Source: Planctomycetota bacterium
GTDB taxonomy: Bacteria; Planctomycetota; UBA11346
DNA: 64,000 nucleotides
Direction: 5' to 3'
NCBI GenBank assembly: GCA_038231435.1
Contig: JBBRLJ010000002.1
Span: 96,001 to 160,000 of the forward strand
Below, in pieces: positions 39,893 through 46,979 of the stretch. Positions within the stretch are counted from its first letter, which is position 1. Each line of letters begins with the position of its first letter. The translations under genes and the position numbers were made by a program. The notes beneath the pieces were generated by a model. The model worked only from the letters and a program-made list of their open reading frames with translations, was not told the DNA's origin and made no database searches.

Positions 39893-41263
39893 TCAGATGA
39901 TCTCGAAATAGCGCTGCAGTTCCCAATCGGTCACCGCGTCCTGGAACTGCCGCCACTCCCACAGCCGCGAGGCGGTGTAGTGCTCGACGAAGTCCGCGCC
40001 GAAGAGCTCCTTCGCCAGCGCCGACTCGCGCATGCGCGTGGCGGCTTCCAGCAGCGTGCGCGGCAGGCGCTCGATCGGCGATGCGTACGCGCTGCCAACG
40101 ATCGGCGGCGCGTCGAGCGCCAGCTTGCGTTCGACGCCATGCAGGCCCGCGGCGATGGTCGCGGCAACCGCGAGGTACGGATTCACGTCCGAACCCGGCA
40201 CGCGCGACTCCATGCGCGTGGCCTTGGCGCCGCCCATGATATGGCGGAAGGCGACGGTGCGGTTGTCGACGCCCCAGGTCGGCTTGGTCGGCGCCCAGTA
40301 ACCGTCCACCAGGCGCTTGTAGCTGTTCACCGTCGGCGCGAACATCGGCAATATCTCTGGGAGTGCGCGCAGGAGCCCGGCGACGTAGCTCTTGTAGGTC
40401 GCGCTCATGCCGAGCGCGTCGGCGGGATCGTGGAACAGGTTCCTGGTCCCAGCCGCGTCCCACAGGCTCTGGTGCACGTGGCCGCTGCAGCCGGGCAGCT
40501 TGGCGTTCCACTTGGCCATGAAGCTGGGCATGATGCCGAAGCGCGCGCCGATCTCCTTCACCGAGGTCTTGAACAGCGCCGCGCGGTCGGCGGCTTCCAG
40601 CGCGTCCGAATAGAGGATCGCGGCCTCGAACACGCCCGGGCCGGTCTCGGTGTGCAGGCCTTCGATCGGCACGCCGAAGGCGAGCATCTCGTCCATGATG
40701 GCGGTGAAGAACTCGCGATTCTGGCCGACGCGGATCAGGGAGTATCCGAACATGCCCGGACTGAGCGGCTCGATCGCGGTGAAGCGCTTGGCCTCGAGCG
40801 ATTTCGGCGTCTCTGAGAAGTTGAACCATTCGAATTCCATGCCGATCTTGGCCGCGAAGCCGGCGGAGCCCGCGCGTGCGAGCACGCGCTTGAGCAGCGA
40901 CCGCGGACAACCGACGACATCCTTGCCCTCAGCGGAAGAGAAATCGCCGAGGAAGAAGGGCAGGTCCTGTTCCCACGGGATCGCACGGCGGGTGCCGAGA
41001 TCGACGCGCGCGACCGCATCGGGATAGCCGGTATGCCAGCCGGTGTAGGCGCAGGCGTCGTAGCAGGCGTCGTGCATGTCCCAGCCGAAGACCACGTTGC
41101 AGAAGCCGAAGCCGCCGCTGACCGCGCCGAGGAACTTGTCCTTGTGCAGGTATTTGCCGCGCAGCACGCCATCGATGTCGCAGATCGCCACCTTCACCTT
41201 CTGGGCGGGCGAACGTTTGATCGCCTCGATGGTCTCCTGCGCGGTCGCCGTGCTTGTAGCCAT
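39893..41263 (-). CDS. glutamine synthetase-like gamma-glutamyl ligase (GlnA4/PuuA type)
   Basis: D.DG.LRGK, GYPD, EFE, HTETGPG.FE, FMAK, SGH.HQSL, WG.DNR, E.R.PG.D.NPY. Confidence 0.9.
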   Translation of the reverse strand: MATSTATAQETIEAIKRSPAQKVKVAICDIDGVLRGKYLHKDKFLGAVSGGFGFCNVVFGWDMHDACYDACAYTGWHTGYPDAVARVDLGTRRAIPWEQDLPFFLGDFSSAEGKDVVGCPRSLLKRVLARAGSAGFAAKIGMEFEWFNFSETPKSLEAKRFTAIEPLSPGMFGYSLIRVGQNREFFTAIMDEMLAFGVPIEGLHTETGPGVFEAAILYSDALEAADRAALFKTSVKEIGARFGIMPSFMAKWNAKLPGCSGHVHQSLWDAAGTRNLFHDPADALGMSATYKSYVAGLLRALPEILPMFAPTVNSYKRLVDGYWAPTKPTWGVDNRTVAFRHIMGGAKATRMESRVPGSDVNPYLAVAATIAAGLHGVERKLALDAPPIVGSAYASPIERLPRTLLEAATRMRESALAKELFGADFVEHYTASRLWEWRQFQDAVTDWELQRYFEII

Positions 41264-41500
41264 GTGCGCGGGCCCCTTGCGGGCCATTGGATCCAGCCGG
41301 GACGACGGCGGCAAGGGTGGTTCGGGTGCAGCTTCGACCCTCGAGGGCCGGAAACGGTGAACCATCGCTCCGGAAGCGCGTTCAATGGGGTTCTTCGCCA
41401 CGCGGTAGGAACTGTCCGCGCCGGCATCCGGTCACGCACTCGGTCTCGCAGCCGGTCACGTAAGCCCCCGGACACGTTCACGTGAGTTCCAGGAGGCATC

Positions 41501-43396
41501 ATGCCGCATCTCCGCTCGTCCATCGCCCTGCTGTGCTGCCTGCTGGCGTTGGTGACGCTCGCCGGGCCAGCTGGCGCCGCGGACGCCAAGCCGGCATCAG
41601 CGACGGACAAGGCCAAGGACAAGGATCCGGGCATCGCCGCCCGGAAGGCGCACCTCGAGAACGTGCTGCAGCACTTCAATCTCGGCGTCTGCGCATCGGT
41701 CGAATACCTCGACGAGACGCGCGATAAGAACGGCGCGAAATGGATGTTCCGCCAGCAGTACGTTTCCGGTGGCGCTGGCTGGGACGATAAACGCCAGACT
41801 TGGGACACGGTGTTCCTGTTCGACTGGAACAAATACGTCAATCCCGACAAGAAGCGCGGCGTGTGGCTCGACACCTGGGTGAAGGCGACGGTCGACCACG
41901 GCTACATCCCGTGGATCACCATGTACAACCTCGCGCAGTCGTTTCCCGCCGACTACAAGCCGGGTCCGCCGCAGGCGACGCCGGCCAACGCCAAGAACGT
42001 CGAGACCATGCGCTCGTACTGGGAGCAGGTGAAGCTGATGATGCAGATCTGCGGCAAGTACCCCGACAAGCCGATGGTCGTGCAGGTCGAGCCCGACGAG
42101 TGGGGGCACCTGCTGATCGCCGGCGGCATGCAGCCCACCAAGGTCGATGTGAAGGTCGGCTCGTCCGGCCTTGAGGAGCTCAAGGGCCTGCCCGACGACC
42201 TGATCGGCTACGCCTCCGCGTGGACCCGCCTGCGCGCGCGCTACGCGCCGATGAACGTGCTGATGTGCTGCAACCTCTCCGAATGGGACGCCAAGGGGAC
42301 GATGAGCGCCGCCAACTGGGCTCGCTACATGATCGAGTGCGGCGTCGACAAGTGGGATCTGGCGGTGGCCCAGTTCAGCGATTTCGATCTCGGTGCCCAG
42401 GGCAAGAAGCCGCCATACGCGCCCGACCGGACCATGTTCGCCTACTTCGATTCGTTCGAGGAACAGCTGAAGTTCGTGGAGGATTTCCACAAGGCGACCG
42501 GGCTGTGGATCTTCTATTGGCAGGTGGCGGTGGGGAACACCTGGTTCCTGTGCGAGAACCAGACGCCTGGCCACTTCACCGACTGCATACCGCAATTCCT
42601 GCTCGAGGACTATCCGCGCAACACCACCATCGCGCGCTACGTCCAGGCGGGATGCGCCGGCTTCATCTTCAATTCCGGCGGCATGCACTCCACCTCGGTC
42701 GATGACTCGGAGAAGGACGGCATCACCAATCCGCCGCCAACCCCGGGCAATCTCGGCCACAAGTCCGAATACCCCGACGACGATGGTGGCTACATGCGCC
42801 TGCGCTGCGCCAATTATTACAAGAACCCGTATCCGATCCTCGGCAAGTCCAAGGCCAAGGGCGCCGCCGACAAGCAGGACCAGGGCGCCCCCGCCGAGAC
42901 CCCGTCCGCTACGAAGGAACTGGCCGCGAAAGCTCCGCCCGAGACCTTCGCCACCTATCGCGACATCCTCAAGGAGCGGCTGTCCGCCGAGATCGCTGGC
43001 GGACGCCATCCGCGCTTCGCCTACAGCGCGATCCGCCAGGATGTGGTGGTCGAAGGGCTCGAGAAGGGCGTGTATTCGCTGAAGATGGTCGATGGCGGCT
43101 CGATGCTCACGGTGGAGCTGTTCAAGGACCTCAAGCCCGAGGACGGGAAGGCGATCGCCCTGGCCGTCGTGCGCTCGAACCACGCCGAGGACCACGCGCT
43201 CGCCGCGTTCTTCGCGCTCGCCGCCGGCGATCAGCGTGAAGGGCGAAACCAGCTTGGACAGGCGGGCGAGCAGGCCGCGGCCATCGAGGCGATCTTCGCT
43301 GCCAATGATCCCGCGGCGCCACCGGCCAAGCCAGCCGCGAAGCCGGCAGCCAATGTGCCCGACGACGCGAAAGCGGCAGCGCCAGAGAGCCGGTGA
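41501..43396 (+). CDS. secreted putative glycoside hydrolase-like protein with C-terminal helical domain
   Basis: signal peptide; QQYVSGG, VQVEPDEWG, WQVAVGN, DDDGGY aromatic-rich core; AGGAGG SD. Confidence 0.7.
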   Translation: MPHLRSSIALLCCLLALVTLAGPAGAADAKPASATDKAKDKDPGIAARKAHLENVLQHFNLGVCASVEYLDETRDKNGAKWMFRQQYVSGGAGWDDKRQTWDTVFLFDWNKYVNPDKKRGVWLDTWVKATVDHGYIPWITMYNLAQSFPADYKPGPPQATPANAKNVETMRSYWEQVKLMMQICGKYPDKPMVVQVEPDEWGHLLIAGGMQPTKVDVKVGSSGLEELKGLPDDLIGYASAWTRLRARYAPMNVLMCCNLSEWDAKGTMSAANWARYMIECGVDKWDLAVAQFSDFDLGAQGKKPPYAPDRTMFAYFDSFEEQLKFVEDFHKATGLWIFYWQVAVGNTWFLCENQTPGHFTDCIPQFLLEDYPRNTTIARYVQAGCAGFIFNSGGMHSTSVDDSEKDGITNPPPTPGNLGHKSEYPDDDGGYMRLRCANYYKNPYPILGKSKAKGAADKQDQGAPAETPSATKELAAKAPPETFATYRDILKERLSAEIAGGRHPRFAYSAIRQDVVVEGLEKGVYSLKMVDGGSMLTVELFKDLKPEDGKAIALAVVRSNHAEDHALAAFFALAAGDQREGRNQLGQAGEQAAAIEAIFAANDPAAPPAKPAAKPAANVPDDAKAAAPESR

Positions 43397-43460
43397 ACCG
43401 GCGGTTGCCGCGGAGCGCGCCGGCGCTGGTGCCGCCCGACACACGGCCTACACCTCTGTC

Positions 43461-45851
43461 ATGCCAGAGGTGATCCCCGCCGAGGTCTCCACCACCTACG
43501 CATGGCGGGAGGAGCCCGAGAGCGGCGGACGGACGCGCTGCGTGGTGCGCCTCTACCGTTTCGCCGCGCGGATCCGCCCGGCCTCGCTGAGACTTCCCGT
43601 CCGGCCGTACCTGGTCCATCATTTCGCCGCCGACAACCGGCCCATGGATGTCGAGGTGCTCGCTCCGACGGGTATCGGCTGGCGCACGTTGGGTGCCCAT
43701 CGCGAGGATGGGACCCTGGCCAGCGATGCCGCTGGAGGCGCCGATCCGATCGTCATCGCCCTCGATGGCGCCGAGTCCGTCGCGTGGTTGATGGTGGTCC
43801 TTCGTCGCGCGCAGTACCGGCGCTGGTGGCCGGTGGCGGACACCCTCGATGGCCTGACGTTCTCAGGTGAACCCGGCGTCGAGGTGGACCCCGCTCCGGC
43901 CTCGCCCGACGCATCGGTCACGACCATCAGCCCCGCGTCCGACGCCGAGACCCCGCAGGCGCGGCGCATGCGGCTGGTCGACGGCTGGTGCGTGCAGGCG
44001 CGCGGCCACCTGCTCGCCACCTCGACCTCGTGGATCGTGCGTTTCGATCCGTGGAGATCGTCGCTCTCCACGCTCGCGTGCGATCCCGGCGCTCATGCCA
44101 GCTACGGCGCCAACCTGATCGCGAGCTCGGGGCCAGCCTACCACGAAGCCGGGCATGCGGCCGCGCGCGAGACCTTCGACGCGGCGCCGATGCGGCAGCT
44201 GGATGAGCGCGCCTACGAAGCGCGAGAGACCGAGATCATCCCCGGCGTGTTCCTGCGCATCGGCTTCGCGTTCACCGCCGCCGGTTTCCGCGTCACCGTG
44301 ACGCGCCGCAGCACGCGCCGTTGGCTGGCGTTGCGCCTTGCCGACCTGTCGCTCAGGCTCGACAGCCAGAACGCCATCCCCACGGTGTTCGCCCACGTGA
44401 TCGAGGATGGCCCGAGCGGACGCTGCGCCTTCCCGGTGTGCGTGCATGTGCCCGGCGGATCGATGATCGAGATCGACGGCGTGCGCGCTCCGCAGCGGGG
44501 CTGGGTGCGCTGCGACACCTCGTTCTGGGGCGGGCAGCGCCTCGAGCTGTGCGCCGGTGCCGATGGTTTCGCGCACGGACTGCACGTGGTCGAGGCCGGC
44601 ACGCATGCGGCGACGTTCGATGTCACGGTGCGGCAGTCGCCGTACCCGCGGGTATCTGGCGCGGCCGACCGCGACGGGAAACGCCCCGGCGCACATCCGG
44701 GTATGGAGGCCTATCCGACCGCGCTCGGGTTTCGTCCCGACTGGGGCGTGTTCACCAACAACGGCGCGTCCTGCCCGGTGGAATTCGTCACCCACGGGTT
44801 CGCCGAGCTGTGCGCGCACCAGCCCCCGCTGTCGCGCGACGGCTCGCTGACCGCGGTCGGCCTGCTGCGCGGCGCGCTGGACATCCAGCTGCGCCACGGC
44901 GGCTGGTACGGAAACGGCGTCGAGGACCGTTTCCTGGGCTCGCACCCGTCGGTCCTCTGGGCCTGCGCCACCTACATGGCGATCACGCGCGACCGCGCCT
45001 TCCTCGCGCGCCATGCGCCACGGCTGAAGAATCGCATGGAACGCCTGTTCGCGCTGGATCGCGACGGCGACGGCATCTTCGAATCCGCGTATCCCGGTTG
45101 CGGTGGCGCTCCCGGAGGCAGCAGCTACTTCGACCAGATCCGCGTCGGACACAAGGACGCCATCTCGAACCCCATCGCCTTCCGCGCGCTCGTGAAGCTC
45201 GCCGCGATGTGGGATTGGGCCGGAGATGGCGCCGCCGCGGATGCATGTCGCGCTCGCGCGCGCTCGCTCGCGGCCACGTTCGCGGACACCTTCACCGCTC
45301 CCGCCAGCGGCCGCATCGCCGGTTGGATCGACGCCGAGGGGCGGATGCACGATCACGCCTTCTTGTCGCCCACTACGCTCGCGGTGGCGTACGGCCTGAT
45401 CGAGGGCGAGCGCGCGGGCGCGCTGATGCGCGCCCTGTGGCGTTCGCTCATCGCCAGCGGTTTCGCCAGCTTCGCCCATGGCCTGCCACTGTCGCTCGCG
45501 CCCATCCCTCGCCGCGATTACAATCCGCACGGCCTCGGACATCCGGAGCGCGACGACGGCGCTGACACCTTCGGCGCCTTCCTCAACGGTGGCGTATCGC
45601 CAGCGTGGTGCGGCGAGGCGATCGAGGCGCTGCACCGCGTGGGCATGACGGCGGAGCGGGACCTGCTCATCGATGCGCTGCTGGTCGGGTACGCTGATGG
45701 CCGCCACGCCGGCGGACTGCATGCACGGCGCGATTGGTTCGCGTGGGATGGGACGCCCAGCGGTTACGAGGGCATGCTCTGCGACAGCTTCACGCCGTTG
45801 GCGGTGATCCTGAGGATCCGCTTCGGCTACTCCGAGCCGTCGTTCGCCTAA
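43461..45851 (+). CDS. putative (alpha/alpha)6 six-hairpin glycosidase domain protein
   Basis: Y...T.D..FL, D.DGDG..E, FD......DA.SN, NGG, YEG in C-terminal half; beta-rich N-terminus. Confidence 0.7.
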   Translation: MPEVIPAEVSTTYAWREEPESGGRTRCVVRLYRFAARIRPASLRLPVRPYLVHHFAADNRPMDVEVLAPTGIGWRTLGAHREDGTLASDAAGGADPIVIALDGAESVAWLMVVLRRAQYRRWWPVADTLDGLTFSGEPGVEVDPAPASPDASVTTISPASDAETPQARRMRLVDGWCVQARGHLLATSTSWIVRFDPWRSSLSTLACDPGAHASYGANLIASSGPAYHEAGHAAARETFDAAPMRQLDERAYEARETEIIPGVFLRIGFAFTAAGFRVTVTRRSTRRWLALRLADLSLRLDSQNAIPTVFAHVIEDGPSGRCAFPVCVHVPGGSMIEIDGVRAPQRGWVRCDTSFWGGQRLELCAGADGFAHGLHVVEAGTHAATFDVTVRQSPYPRVSGAADRDGKRPGAHPGMEAYPTALGFRPDWGVFTNNGASCPVEFVTHGFAELCAHQPPLSRDGSLTAVGLLRGALDIQLRHGGWYGNGVEDRFLGSHPSVLWACATYMAITRDRAFLARHAPRLKNRMERLFALDRDGDGIFESAYPGCGGAPGGSSYFDQIRVGHKDAISNPIAFRALVKLAAMWDWAGDGAAADACRARARSLAATFADTFTAPASGRIAGWIDAEGRMHDHAFLSPTTLAVAYGLIEGERAGALMRALWRSLIASGFASFAHGLPLSLAPIPRRDYNPHGLGHPERDDGADTFGAFLNGGVSPAWCGEAIEALHRVGMTAERDLLIDALLVGYADGRHAGGLHARRDWFAWDGTPSGYEGMLCDSFTPLAVILRIRFGYSEPSFA

Positions 45852-45977
45852 GTCCGCGGCTCTTTTCCTCGTACTTACCTGAACGGCCTCCCCGCACGGC
45901 GATCTGTACGAGCCAAGCCCGATCCCAGCCAAATCCCTCCAGGACTCCCGAGATCCCAGACATAGTCCACCATGACC

Positions 45978-46006
45978 TTGACACGGGCTCATATGTTAGT
46001 TATCGT
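45978..46006 (+). promoter_or_regulatory. sigma70 promoter for the lipoprotein gene
   Basis: TTGACA-17 nt-TATCGT in AT-rich tract; AGGAGA SD at 46021. Confidence 0.7.
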
Positions 46007-46032
46007 TTACTTAATAACCAAGGAGAAAACCC

Positions 46033-46770
46033 ATGCTCGCTCCCCTGCGTCTGCTCTCGGCCTCTCTCGGCCTCATCGCCTGCCTCGGCGCCTCTGGCTG
46101 CGGCAACAGTGCTGCGCGCCCGCTGGTCATCGGCAATCCGCACCAGATGGGTGACCTCTACTGGAACGGCGCGCTCACCGACCGCCACGGCAACCGCTGG
46201 AACGTCGACGTGGTCCCCGGAGTCGCGCCGACCGCGGCATTGGTCGGCGACAGCTGGTCTCGCGCCGGTGGGTATCTCGCGAACACCGGCATGACCATGG
46301 GCGGCGAGGACGGCGTGGTGCGCAGCTCATACCGCTTCGCGTTCACCGACTGCATGGGCCACTTCATCGGACGCGGCATCCACGACGACTACGCCTCGAC
46401 CAATGCGCAACTCGACGAGCTGTGGACTGAGATGCCGTTCGGCTGGATGGCGCAGTGGCTCGGGCGCTCGACCTGGGGCTACGTGATCAAACCGGTCGGC
46501 CGGATCATCGGCGGCGGTGTCGGTTCGGTCGGCGGCATCGCGCTCGGCACTACGTTCGGAGCCGTCGAGGGCAGCGGCCGGGCCGTGCTCGGCGTCGGCG
46601 ACATCGCGGTGATGGGCACCGCCTACCCGATCGCGCGGATGGTCTGGCAGCAACCCGCCTACGTCTTCTCGGTGATCAACCGCGAGCCCGATCTCAAGCA
46701 GGACGGCAAGTGGGGCCTCCACGTGGTCAGCTACGGCGAGCCCGAACTCACCACCAGCGAACATCTCTGA
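46033..46770 (+). CDS. hypothetical lipoprotein with glycine-zipper-like hydrophobic segment
   Basis: lipobox-like ASGC after hydrophobic signal; IIGGGVGSVGGIALGTTFGAVEG segment; strong SD. Confidence 0.8.
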   Translation: MLAPLRLLSASLGLIACLGASGCGNSAARPLVIGNPHQMGDLYWNGALTDRHGNRWNVDVVPGVAPTAALVGDSWSRAGGYLANTGMTMGGEDGVVRSSYRFAFTDCMGHFIGRGIHDDYASTNAQLDELWTEMPFGWMAQWLGRSTWGYVIKPVGRIIGGGVGSVGGIALGTTFGAVEGSGRAVLGVGDIAVMGTAYPIARMVWQQPAYVFSVINREPDLKQDGKWGLHVVSYGEPELTTSEHL

Positions 46771-46830
46771 CACCAGGCAGAAATCCGCACGAGAGGCTCA
46801 AATCGCAACCCTCACATTTTTTTTCTTCAC

Positions 46831-46924
46831 GGGGGGCAGCGCGGAGCGCGATGTTGGGGGGATCGCGAAGCGATCTCACATGCCCTTTGGGGCATGTGCC
46901 GGCCGGAGGCCGTAGCCCCCCAAC
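46831..46924 (+). repeat. structured intergenic element (copy D), multibranch hairpin
   Basis: gcgc(gga)gcgc, then stem gttgggggg/ccccccaac enclosing gatcgc(gaa)gcgatc, cacatgccc(tttg)gggcatgtg and ggcc(gga)ggcc. Confidence 0.7.
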
Positions 46925-46979
46925 AAAAAGCCGCTACGCTGGCGGAGGCCTTTGAAGGGCCTTCGTCAGTGGAGCCACG

